A stretch of DNA of 32,000 nucleotides from Promethearchaeum syntrophicum (GTDB lineage: Archaea > Asgardarchaeota > Lokiarchaeia > Sigyniarchaeales > Promethearchaeaceae). Each line of letters opens with the position of its first letter. Position 1 is the stretch's first letter. Positions 1 to 8,911 of this stretch are shown here, piece by piece. The position numbers and the translations under genes were made by a program. The notes beneath the pieces are model-generated. The model was not told the origin of the DNA and ran no database searches. It saw only the letters and a program-made list of their open reading frames with translations. The stretch spans positions 3,360,001 through 3,392,000 of the forward strand of contig NZ_CP042905.2 of assembly GCF_008000775.2 (NCBI RefSeq). Direction: 5' to 3'.

Positions 1-614
1 AAAACACTTTTAACAGAATCACCTCCAATTCCAATCCCAACGATAATAGGTGGACAAGGTTTACCACCAGCATCTTTTATTTTTTTTAGAATCAAAGGAA
101 TTAAATCATCAAAACCGGTAGCAGGATTTAACATATAAAGTGCTGAAATATTTTCGCATCCTCCTCCCTTATTTAGAATTGAAAATATTAAATCGTCTCT
201 ATTAGGGATAAGTTCCAAATATATTGGCGGAGTGTTTAAACCTGAATTATATCCCGGGTTTTGAAATTTTATTGGATCCACTGTATTTGCGCGAAGTTTA
301 GATTCATTTGTTAATTGAGCTAAAATTTTAGTAATTGTACCTTTGAAATCAGAAATAATTGGGAAACTTTCTCCCAATTGTATAAAAATATTAACAGTTC
401 CTGTATCTTGGCATACGGGAATTTGATGCTTATTGCCATAAGATATGTTCTCAAGCATCAATTCTAACTGCGAGTGTGCAATATCATTATTCTTTTCCTT
501 TTCCAGCATTTTTTCTAGTTCGATAATTGTTCTTTTAGTAACTGTTTGAGCAGAATATGAAATAAGAGAATATAATGATTTTTCAATAATTTTTAATAAG
601 TTCGGCTTATCCAC
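1..614 (-). CDS. Class I (Fe-S) fumarate hydratase / L(+)-tartrate dehydratase alpha-type hydro-lyase. Only the N-terminal ~205 codons are present; the C-terminus lies beyond the window start.
   Basis: This is my own - strand translation from GTG at 614..612; the ORF is absent from the track because it runs off the edge. It reads VDKPNLLKII...HQIPVCQDTGTVNIF...NKGGGCENISALYML...GGKPCPPIIVGIGIGGDS. PxCQDTG, GGGxEN and CPPxxVGxGIGG are hallmark motifs of the class I Fe-S hydro-lyase alpha domain. The start is uncertain because there is no in-frame ATG after the upstream stop. Confidence 0.75.
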   Translation of the reverse strand, partial: MDKPNLLKIIEKSLYSLISYSAQTVTKRTIIELEKMLEKEKNNDIAHSQLELMLENISYGNKHQIPVCQDTGTVNIFIQLGESFPIISDFKGTITKILAQLTNESKLRANTVDPIKFQNPGYNSGLNTPPIYLELIPNRDDLIFSILNKGGGCENISALYMLNPATGFDDLIPLILKKIKDAGGKPCPPIIVGIGIGGDSVKSV

Positions 615-849
615 ATGAATAGTATTTTTTCCATAACAATAAATATGTGGGTTTCCGAATATTTAGTATATAAACCTTTAAAAACATTTTTTTTTTCCAA
701 TAAAAATTGATTTTTCAATAGGTTTAAAAGATTATCTAAAAAATTTAATGAAATTGCATTTGTATATATTTTAATGGAAGAGTTCTTTGATTATACATAA
801 TAAATCTCCAAGTTATAATTAAAAAATTAATAAATATGGAAGAAAAAAA

Positions 850-2748
850 TTGAACATACAATTAAACGCTTTTTTAAACAGAATAGGAGATAATTTCATT
901 CAAGATTGGTATAATATCAGAGATATTCAAACCTGGATGATGGAAGAAATTTACAGAAAACGAGTTCAATTCCCTTATTTCAAGAAAAAGACTCTTTTCT
1001 CTTGGGTGTCGTTTAATAAAAATCCCAAAAGTAAAAAAAATCCTTCTAGATTTTATAACAAAAAACTAGATTCACTTTTTCGATATTTCTTTCTAAAAAT
1101 GTTTTCCGGATTGAATGAAAAACAGTTAATTCTAAAGGGTATTGAAGGACACGTTAGGAAAGAATCAGAACTTTTTTTTGAATATGAATATATGTTATCC
1201 CAAGATGAACTTAGCGAATTTAGAAATTTTAAACATAAATTTAATCACCCAGATCATCATTATCGAATTATATCATATATATTTAATCTAATCATCATGG
1301 TTTTTGGCAAATTAATTAAGGATTTAATCAAAAACGATGTTCAAATTCATATGCTTTGTGCGAAAATAAAGGAAAAAGAATCCACGGGAGAAAAATATTT
1401 ACATTTTCTAATAATAGTTGAAAAACCAGATAGAGAATTTCTAAATGCCTATTTACATTATTTAATTTTCAATTTTGCTGAGATTCTTCCAGGAATTGAC
1501 AGAAAACTTTTGAAAAGCTTGAATCGACAAAAAAATCATATTTATCCTATCGCTTTGAAAGAATATCCTAAAAGTTTAAAAAAAATTCCAACTGTTTTAT
1601 ATATTCTTCAACGAAAAGTACATATTTTGAAGCAAATAATACCTATTCTTGATATCTTAAACTTTGTTGGCTCTCGAGTAGAAGATACAAAATACCATAC
1701 AACTGAATTGGTTAATGACATAATACAGGAAAAAATCTGTGATGATAACGAAAATCAAAAAGATCTTTCCAAAATTTTTGATTTTCTTAATAGCACCGCT
1801 TCGCTTTTTTCAACTTTTCAATCAAATAATCGAGCAAATATTTCAAGACAATATCAATTATTCTTTTTTTATTGTCAACATTTTTCTTTACGTGGTTTAA
1901 AAACAATTCATGAGAATTCACATGTCTTCTTTCCGGATAAAATTGCAGAATCATTACTAAAACATAAAGAAACTTTGAATCAAAAAGGCATCAATTTTAA
2001 TACATTTTCTAATTTTCTCAGAAGAGGTTTTTCCCTTCCTACTGATGATGCTCTTGATATTGTTTTTAATAAAATTTTTGATAAATCTATTAATGAACTA
2101 AATGAAGCGTTCTTTGAAGTTTATCTATTTTCTTTAAATACTAAATTTGATTTATTAATTGAAGAAATCAGACAAAAAAATCCTAATTTTAATTACTCAT
2201 ATGAAGAAATCATCCATGATATATTTATAATCATCCATAATTTAATTTCAAAGATATTTATTGCCGATAAACCAGAGGATGTGCAACAATATTTTAATGA
2301 TCCTCTTTCAAGATATACACCAAAAAACATAGCACTAAGAGTTTTAGAATTGCGGATTTTTAGAGAAATTCCGCTTTCGGATAACAATTGGGTTGACTAC
2401 TTCACGAGTCGTAATAAAGAGCAGGTTAAAAAAACATTAAAACCTTATGCAGATATTCCTGATTCATATTTTTTTACCCCAGAACGGCTATTAAAAATCA
2501 ATATGATTTATGATCGAGGCAATCTTGAATCAACAAATTATTTGGAAGAGTGGATAATCGAAATTATCGCTAAATTTTATAAATTTCAAATTAATATTGA
2601 TGAAAATTTGCCCAATAATTACACAAATAATGAATTGTATGAAAGTTTCTTTAATGAATTTAGTAAAGGAATAATGGACACCCAAATAAGAGAAAAATTA
2701 GAAGAAATTACCGAATTTTTCGTAGAAATCTGGGAAAATAAAGAATAG
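850..2748 (+). CDS. Hypothetical protein, 632 aa, predicted all-helical, with no recognisable motif
   Basis: It is a long uninterrupted ORF in an AT-rich genome where stops are frequent, so it is very unlikely to be open by chance. The track start is TTG at 850 and the first in-frame ATG is at 937. I could not recognise any catalytic or binding motif. Confidence 0.6.
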   Translation: MNIQLNAFLNRIGDNFIQDWYNIRDIQTWMMEEIYRKRVQFPYFKKKTLFSWVSFNKNPKSKKNPSRFYNKKLDSLFRYFFLKMFSGLNEKQLILKGIEGHVRKESELFFEYEYMLSQDELSEFRNFKHKFNHPDHHYRIISYIFNLIIMVFGKLIKDLIKNDVQIHMLCAKIKEKESTGEKYLHFLIIVEKPDREFLNAYLHYLIFNFAEILPGIDRKLLKSLNRQKNHIYPIALKEYPKSLKKIPTVLYILQRKVHILKQIIPILDILNFVGSRVEDTKYHTTELVNDIIQEKICDDNENQKDLSKIFDFLNSTASLFSTFQSNNRANISRQYQLFFFYCQHFSLRGLKTIHENSHVFFPDKIAESLLKHKETLNQKGINFNTFSNFLRRGFSLPTDDALDIVFNKIFDKSINELNEAFFEVYLFSLNTKFDLLIEEIRQKNPNFNYSYEEIIHDIFIIIHNLISKIFIADKPEDVQQYFNDPLSRYTPKNIALRVLELRIFREIPLSDNNWVDYFTSRNKEQVKKTLKPYADIPDSYFFTPERLLKINMIYDRGNLESTNYLEEWIIEIIAKFYKFQINIDENLPNNYTNNELYESFFNEFSKGIMDTQIREKLEEITEFFVEIWENKE

Positions 2749-2755
2749 TTGGATA

Positions 2756-3358
2756 TTAAATTCCATATATTTTTAAAATCTCTTCAGGATTTTCCAATAC
2801 ATTGATAAATTTAACAAATTTTTCAGTTTTCGCGTTTTTTAATTCTGAAACATTTGAAAAAATTGATCCTGCAATTGCAACAATTGAAGGCTCAATCTGT
2901 GACTTTATTTCTTCAAGATTTTTAACACATAAGATTTTTTTTACCTTAATATCACGAAAACCTTCAAGAATTACAATCACTTTCTTATCAAAACTTGTTT
3001 GATCAGCTTTTAAAGAAGATTGAATTAAATCTATAATTGATTTTATCATTATAAGTGGGTCTATTTTTCGATTAAATAAAATAGCAGATTCATTAGGACT
3101 TTGAGACACCACTACATCAGCACCAGCTCGGGAATATTTCCATGTATTTTTACCAGGAGTATCAATTGAGAAATTTTCTTGATGAATGTGTTTAAAAGCA
3201 AGAATAATGTAATTTTGAGTATGTAAGAATGATATGAGTCTTTCAATTGAAGCAGTTTTTCCTGATTTCGAAAAACCGATAAATGATATTATCTGAAATT
3301 GATTATATGATTCTGAATAATTTCGAGCTTTATTTTTTTTTTCATTATCTCTCATCAT
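2756..3358 (-). CDS. mobB: Molybdopterin-guanine dinucleotide biosynthesis adapter protein MobB (P-loop GTPase)
   Basis: A Walker A-like motif GFSKSGKT is followed by FKHIHQENFSIDTPGKNTWKYSRAGA, which compares with E. coli MobB IKHTHHDMDVDKPGKDSYELRKAGA. ILEGFR and VAIAG blocks then follow in the MobB order. Confidence 0.8.
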   Translation of the reverse strand: MMRDNEKKNKARNYSESYNQFQIISFIGFSKSGKTASIERLISFLHTQNYIILAFKHIHQENFSIDTPGKNTWKYSRAGADVVVSQSPNESAILFNRKIDPLIMIKSIIDLIQSSLKADQTSFDKKVIVILEGFRDIKVKKILCVKNLEEIKSQIEPSIVAIAGSIFSNVSELKNAKTEKFVKFINVLENPEEILKIYGI

Positions 3359-3411
3359 TTAAGAAATATTATTTAAGAAATAAATTAAAACTTCTACATA
3401 AGTGAATTTTA

Positions 3412-5415
3412 TTGGCTACTCTCCAAAAAACATCAAATCCAATTTTTATTTTTGACGCTAATTTCTTCATTTCTCTCAAAGAAATTAAGGCCCCAAGACC
3501 CTATATCAATTTATCCTTAGCCCAAAAACTAATCAAAGTCCATTTTTATGTATCTGGCCAGATTTTTAATGAATGTCCTTTTATTGTTGGCACTGATTTT
3601 CAAGAATTTGAAAAGGGCGTAAAAATAGGATTGGTTCGAGACGATGAAATTAACACTGTAAAAAATGATCTCAGAAGAAAGGGAGTTAGGTTATTTGCGC
3701 AAGATCCTGATTTATCGTTAATTGCATTAAGTAAGAAATTAAAAAGTGGAGAATATAAAAAAAACGAAATTTACATTGTTACGGATGATTTCAAATTAAA
3801 TCAAAACGTTGATACGATAGGTTATCGTGTGAAGTGTTTATCTTTACCTGCTTTTTTACAATTTTTAGGGCAAAATTTAGTGGGAAAACAAAAGAAATTT
3901 TGGAAGGTAGCACGAAAAAAAGTATTGAAACTGAATTTGGATTATATGATGAGTAGATCAACAATTTATGCCCCGCAAGCAAAAATTGCATGGTTAATTG
4001 AAAATGCAGTAAATATTGCTGGAGAAGGGATTCAATTAAATGAAAATACTAGCGCAAATATAGAAAAAGAAAAAATAAAAGAAGTTTCTAAAGAAGAAAA
4101 GAAATTATTGAAGATTTGTGAAAATTTCATTCAGAAAAAGACAATCTCAAAGGAAAACCGAAAATTAATAGATCCCTATAAATTTGGATTGGAAGAAATA
4201 AAAGAAAGTAGAAAATTTTTGAAAAAAGCCAAATTTGAATTAACAAAAAATAATTTTCGGCAATCGCTTAAAAACATCAGGCTTGCTAATGAAATATTAA
4301 ATCGAATTTTCCAATTAATGGGTGCTAAGCTAGTTGAGAAGAATTATCAGTTCTTTGAAAAATTGATTGCATCGGAAATTAGTAAAACAATTTTTCTAAA
4401 AGCATATATTTTAATTTCATTAAATAAAGTTGTTTCGGCTCTAGATTCGTTGGATGAGACCGCTCTTTTTGCTACAATATCAAGATTGCCTAATACGGTT
4501 TTATCAATAAATTATCTCAAGGGTTTGCTATATATATTTAATTCATTTTATAATAAAGCAATAGGACAATTCGAATTTAATTATAAATTGGCAGAATCTC
4601 TCAAAGTTGAAAAAAACCTAGCAGAAATATTAAAATTAAAAGCAATAATTGGAGAATCCATTACAAGTTTCTTAATCGACCAACAAACGGAGGCATTAGA
4701 AAAAGTAGCATATATTTCAACCCAAATAAAACCATCATTCGAAAATTTGATGGTAGCGTTAATTGATTCTGGAGATTATTTTCTCGCAATGGGTTTTCCC
4801 GAAATTGCATCTAACCTGTATTCAGAGGGATTAGAATGTGCAATTGATGCAAAAATCAAATGGAAATATAATTTTCTACTAAGTAAAATGAAAAAAGCGT
4901 ATATGTCTAGTGCATTATTGGGGGCTGATGCACGCCCCACTAATGAAATTTCTTTATTAATTGATAAATTTCATGATTTGAAGGACACCGAAACATTCAA
5001 CGAAATCATGATAGAACTAGCCAGTTTTACAAATAAATTCTACGAACCTTTCAAATTCTTTACTAAAGATAAGAGAAAACTCGTAGAATATTACGATTTA
5101 CATGAAGAATTCAAGGAAACATGGCATTGTGTCAAAATCGAGGAAGATCCAGTTACGAATAGAACAAATTTAATTGGTTTTAGAGAAGAAATTGGTTTGA
5201 TTGCTTTTGATGTACAATTAGATTCCAATCTTGAAGGTGTTCCGGAGAATTATTCTATAAAACTTAAACAAACAGCAAAAATTAGAATTGATCCACCTGA
5301 ATCCATAAGAGAAACTTTGTTTCTTATCCGAGCAGTTGTAAAAATAGGTAATCAAGACCGTGATATCGAGATAAAACGTAATATTCCAATATTCTTCAGC
5401 CAAATGAAAATCTAA
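3412..5415 (+). CDS. PIN-domain nuclease-like N-terminus (about aa 1-160) fused to a ~400 aa helical-repeat region and a C-terminal beta-rich domain
   Basis: The four PIN acidic positions occur in canonical context and order: IFIFDANFF, IFNECPF, QDPDLSLIALS and IYIVTDDFKL. The remainder has TPR-like amphipathic helices with no recognised motif. The start codon is TTG. Confidence 0.6.
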   Translation: MATLQKTSNPIFIFDANFFISLKEIKAPRPYINLSLAQKLIKVHFYVSGQIFNECPFIVGTDFQEFEKGVKIGLVRDDEINTVKNDLRRKGVRLFAQDPDLSLIALSKKLKSGEYKKNEIYIVTDDFKLNQNVDTIGYRVKCLSLPAFLQFLGQNLVGKQKKFWKVARKKVLKLNLDYMMSRSTIYAPQAKIAWLIENAVNIAGEGIQLNENTSANIEKEKIKEVSKEEKKLLKICENFIQKKTISKENRKLIDPYKFGLEEIKESRKFLKKAKFELTKNNFRQSLKNIRLANEILNRIFQLMGAKLVEKNYQFFEKLIASEISKTIFLKAYILISLNKVVSALDSLDETALFATISRLPNTVLSINYLKGLLYIFNSFYNKAIGQFEFNYKLAESLKVEKNLAEILKLKAIIGESITSFLIDQQTEALEKVAYISTQIKPSFENLMVALIDSGDYFLAMGFPEIASNLYSEGLECAIDAKIKWKYNFLLSKMKKAYMSSALLGADARPTNEISLLIDKFHDLKDTETFNEIMIELASFTNKFYEPFKFFTKDKRKLVEYYDLHEEFKETWHCVKIEEDPVTNRTNLIGFREEIGLIAFDVQLDSNLEGVPENYSIKLKQTAKIRIDPPESIRETLFLIRAVVKIGNQDRDIEIKRNIPIFFSQMKI

Positions 5416-5564
5416 AAATTTCACTTTTTTCTATTATAAGTTTCAAAGATCTCCACATAAACGTTATTGAAAGAGACTGATTGAATAGATTATCTTTTAA
5501 AAAGAAAATAGAAATAAAAAAAATTTGCTTTTATAATCTCTCTAGAGATAGGATGCTTTTTCAC

Positions 5565-6839
5565 TTATTTAATTAACTTTTTGTACAATAAAAATATTCC
5601 ACCAATTAATAAACCCAAGAAAATTATTCCACCAATTACTATTAAAACTATTTGATACGTAGGCAAACCGATTGAAAAACCTGGTCCACCTTCATAAACA
5701 TCTGGATCGAAATCAAAAATTGAAGACGAAGCACCAGTGGAAATTATTTCCAATTCTTGATCATTATCAATATCTTCAAGTAATAAGGATCCAGTACCCA
5801 CTCCATCATCATATTCACCTATTATAGTAGGACTCCAATTTCCATCGTATTCTTCTTCAAGTAAATAAATTTTTGATTCAGAAGAACCTTTGGATGTTTT
5901 AATTACAATATAGTTCGTATCTGAATTGAAGATTTTTCCAACGTTAATTTGTCGTATATAAATATTAGAAGATGAAGGGTAATCCTCTTTGTTCGTTTCC
6001 CATATTGGAGAATTCTCCCAAACTCCATATAGATTTTGAGATAAAAAAATAGATCCATTTGCACTAAAAATAATTTCTTCATAATCATCACCATCCAAAT
6101 CATAGCAACAAAAATCGCAATAAAGTGATTCTTCATCTATTATTCCTAAGCTTTCTCTATTCCAATCTGTACCATTAAAGGAATATATAAAAATGCTATC
6201 TTCATTATACTCAAAAGTGATAACCTCCGAATTGCCATCATGGTCAATATCGCTGCACTTTAATGGATTCGCATCGATTCCCCAAGGAGCAAATTCTGAA
6301 TTCCACTCGGTGCCATTAAACCTATACATTGTATTATCTCCGATAATCTCTAATATTCCATCATTATCAATATCCCCGGTATCCAGTTCCCAATTATTAT
6401 TTGAATCGAGATATACTTTTTCCCAAGATCCAGATACATAATCAAAAATCCTTGTTCCAGTATCATCATGGGTAAAAACAAATTCGTCAATTCCATCCAA
6501 ATCAAAATCTGCACAAACTACACTCCGTGCCCAAATTTCCCCTTCTTCAATAGTTACAACTTCATCACTATTAGGATTGTATACTTTTAAATCTCCTCCA
6601 GAAGCACATACAATTTCACCATTTCCATCCCCATCTATATCACCATAGGAAGCATCCATAGAACTTCCAATCCCAAACATTAAAGATTCAACCCAATGAT
6701 TGTCTAACGGAGTTGTTTCTGTTTCTGCTGTAGATTTTGCTATTAATGGGTATTGTATCATAATTATAAAAATCAAAAAAAACACCCAGATCGAAAATAT
6801 TTTTTTTATTATTATTTCTGGTTTTTTAGATTGTCTCAT
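5565..6839 (-). CDS. Surface protein with a seven-blade FG-GAP/VCBS (integrin-alpha-like) beta-propeller, an N-terminal signal/TM segment and a C-terminal TM anchor
   Basis: Ca-binding DxDxDG-type loops are spaced about 45-55 aa apart: DIDGDGNGEIV, DFDLDGIDEFV, DIDNDGILEII, DIDHDGNSEVI, YDLDGDDYEEII, EDIDNDQELEII, plus one degenerate blade. There is a hydrophobic N-terminus (IWVFFLIFIIMI). The C-terminal sequence GGPGFSIGLPTYQIVLIVIGGIIFLGLLIGGIFLLYKK forms a TM segment with a basic tail. Confidence 0.8.
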   Translation of the reverse strand: MRQSKKPEIIIKKIFSIWVFFLIFIIMIQYPLIAKSTAETETTPLDNHWVESLMFGIGSSMDASYGDIDGDGNGEIVCASGGDLKVYNPNSDEVVTIEEGEIWARSVVCADFDLDGIDEFVFTHDDTGTRIFDYVSGSWEKVYLDSNNNWELDTGDIDNDGILEIIGDNTMYRFNGTEWNSEFAPWGIDANPLKCSDIDHDGNSEVITFEYNEDSIFIYSFNGTDWNRESLGIIDEESLYCDFCCYDLDGDDYEEIIFSANGSIFLSQNLYGVWENSPIWETNKEDYPSSSNIYIRQINVGKIFNSDTNYIVIKTSKGSSESKIYLLEEEYDGNWSPTIIGEYDDGVGTGSLLLEDIDNDQELEIISTGASSSIFDFDPDVYEGGPGFSIGLPTYQIVLIVIGGIIFLGLLIGGIFLLYKKLIK

Positions 6840-7226
6840 TTATATCCTCTAATATTTGTTTGTTTATTAGTATTAAATTCTCCTTGATCTATATAAAAGT
6901 TCATTTTTCCTTATCTGGAAATGAATTATAATAATTTTAAGCAATAAAACAAATCTGTTATAAATGATTTTTAGTAAAAGGGAATAATTTATATTTTCTT
7001 TCTTCTATTAAAACGTAGAAGGAAAATGTAGAAAACGAAATCTTAAGATTTCAGAATGTTAGAGATGTATATCTTGAGTCTGCTTATCTATATATCAAAA
7101 TGAGATGTAAAAGCAATAAAAAATTTAGTTGATTTAATCTAATGAATCTATTTGTTATTTAAATTATTTGAGATATCTTATTAAATATTCTCTATCTTAA
7201 GATATAAGAGGAGATTCGATTAATTC

Positions 7227-8492
7227 ATGACACCTAAATTTAAAAATCTCAAAAATGAATTTCCACGTTCTTTTAAGGTTCTCACTCTAGCAAACTTTAT
7301 TGATAGAATGGGAACTTTCTTATTATTTCCATTTTTCTCAATCTACTTGGTAGAAAGATTTGAAGCGGAATTTATTGAAGTGGGATATTTATTTACATTA
7401 ATGTCCTTGGGAGGTTTATTTGGAAATATGATTGGTGGAGCGATTACTGATAAAATCGGTAGAAAAAAGATCATAATTTTTGGATTAACTATTAGCGGAA
7501 TCGGTAGTATTTTTATGGGTTTAGTTACAAGTCTTGATTTATTTTATATATTATCTGTCATCCTTGGATTTTTAGGAGATGTTGGAGGACCAGCACGTCA
7601 AGCCATGGTTCCTGATTTACTCCCTAAGGAACAACATTCTCAGGGTTATGCAATTTTAAGAATAGCTGTCAATATTTCTGCCACTGTTGGTCCGATTTTG
7701 GGAGGTTTTATCGCAGAAAATTCTTACATGGCTCTATTCATTTTAGATGCAATCTCGAGTCTTATTACTGCGGTAATTGTTTTATTTTGGATTCCGGAAA
7801 CTAAGCCTGAATTGAGTCCAGAGATTGAAAAACTATCATTTTTAGAAACGCTAAAAGGCTATAAGGATGTTTTAAGGGATTTGACATTTATGTTGTTTAT
7901 CGGCATTTCCACAATTTTAATTTTAGTATATATGCAGATGTATGGAACATTGTCTGTCTTTTTGATAGCGGAAAGAGATTTTTCTAAAATGATGATAGGT
8001 TGGCTAATGAGTATTAATGCAGCAATAGTTGTGATTTTTCAGTTTTGGTTGACAAAATTAATTTCAAGAATATCGCTTTTAAGAGTAATGGCTTTAGGTG
8101 CTTTGTTTTATGGAGTAGGGTTTGGAATGTTCGGGTTTGTAACTAAACTTTGGCTTATATTCTTGGCAATGATTATCGTAACCATTGGAGAAATGATTGC
8201 TCTTCCTACTAGTCAAAGTGTTGCAGCTAAATTTGCCCCTGATGATAAAAGAGGACGTTATATGGCAATTTTTGGTTTTTCTTGGGCAATTCCAAATTTA
8301 TATGGGTTTATTTTAGCGGGTGCGATAATGGATAAATACAATCCTAATTGGGTTTGGTATGGAGCAGCAATATTATCTTCAATAACAATTGTAGGTTACT
8401 TATTATTACACCAAAAGAATAAACAACGATTTTCAGATAATAGAAACCTAGAGATTAACGAAGAGAATGTTTCTCCTCAGAAAAATTTATAA
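7227..8492 (+). CDS. Major facilitator superfamily (MFS) transporter, 12-TM type
   Basis: It contains MFS motif A, GGAITDKIGRKK (GxxxDxxGRK), between TM2 and TM3. About 12 hydrophobic segments are visible. A GAGGAG Shine-Dalgarno-like box lies ~14 nt upstream of the ATG. Confidence 0.85.
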   Translation: MTPKFKNLKNEFPRSFKVLTLANFIDRMGTFLLFPFFSIYLVERFEAEFIEVGYLFTLMSLGGLFGNMIGGAITDKIGRKKIIIFGLTISGIGSIFMGLVTSLDLFYILSVILGFLGDVGGPARQAMVPDLLPKEQHSQGYAILRIAVNISATVGPILGGFIAENSYMALFILDAISSLITAVIVLFWIPETKPELSPEIEKLSFLETLKGYKDVLRDLTFMLFIGISTILILVYMQMYGTLSVFLIAERDFSKMMIGWLMSINAAIVVIFQFWLTKLISRISLLRVMALGALFYGVGFGMFGFVTKLWLIFLAMIIVTIGEMIALPTSQSVAAKFAPDDKRGRYMAIFGFSWAIPNLYGFILAGAIMDKYNPNWVWYGAAILSSITIVGYLLLHQKNKQRFSDNRNLEINEENVSPQKNL

Positions 8493-8542
8493 AAAATATT
8501 GAATATTGAAAAAAATCTAAAAAAATAAAATTTTTCTCAACA

Positions 8543-8830
8543 CTATCTAATTTTATCGCGTTTATGTCTATCGTCAGATGACCTTATGTGGACCTTATGA
8601 GTGTGAATTGCACAACTGATGCAATACCAAGAGGATTCTTGTCTTCTGGGTACTATCGCCCCACTATCACGTAATTCTTTACCAATTGTCCCATCAACTA
8701 ATGAAACAAATTTAGTAACTCGTTTTGCTTTACCTCGTGGAACAAGTCTTCCACATTTGGCACAATGAACAGACCCATCACGCCCGCCTTTAGAACCAGT
8801 GCGTCCACCAGACCTGCGTTTTTTGGGCAT
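8543..8830 (-). CDS. rps26e: Small-subunit ribosomal protein eS26
   Basis: The sequence MPKKRRSGGR...VHCAKCGRLVPRGKAKR...YCISCAIHTHKV matches the eS26 consensus: N-terminal MPKKRRN-GR, and CxxC...CxSCAIH zinc-binding pairs. A GGTGA SD-like box lies at -13..-9. Confidence 0.9.
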   Translation of the reverse strand: MPKKRRSGGRTGSKGGRDGSVHCAKCGRLVPRGKAKRVTKFVSLVDGTIGKELRDSGAIVPRRQESSWYCISCAIHTHKVHIRSSDDRHKRDKIR

Positions 8831-8911
8831 TTAAAATTTCACCATATAAATCATTTTTTACAAGTAATATTCGAATAAAAACAATCATTACAAAAAAAAT
8901 TTATGATTAGA

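Noticed and set aside
836-853. An ATG at 836 followed by an A7 run could be the true start of the 632-aa ORF via a frameshift or programmed slippage.
   Set aside because: As written, the ATG frame hits TGA after 5 codons, and one extra A would be needed to join the frames. TTG initiation is plausible in this genome, so there is no evidence beyond the homopolymer. I only flagged the start as uncertain.
850-5415. The orphan 632-aa protein, the MobB-like P-loop protein and the PIN fusion could together form a defence island.
   Set aside because: The P-loop protein matches MobB motif for motif, so it is housekeeping. The three genes are on alternating strands, and there are no mobile-element, toxin-antitoxin or nucleic-acid-sensing signatures nearby. 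Co-function is unsupported.
5530-5555. The palindrome TCTCTAGAGA between the convergent genes at 5415 and 5565 could be a regulatory site.
   Set aside because: It is short and sits in a convergent 3'-3' spacer. It is most simply part of a bidirectional terminator region and is not distinctive enough to report.
8844-8850. TTTATAT on the - strand could be the TATA box of a leaderless eS26 transcript.
   Set aside because: It is centred only ~17 nt upstream of the ATG, so the implied transcription start would fall inside the CDS. A GGTGA SD-like box at -13..-9 instead argues for a leadered mRNA whose promoter lies further upstream, possibly the T/A-rich stretch at about -51..-34.
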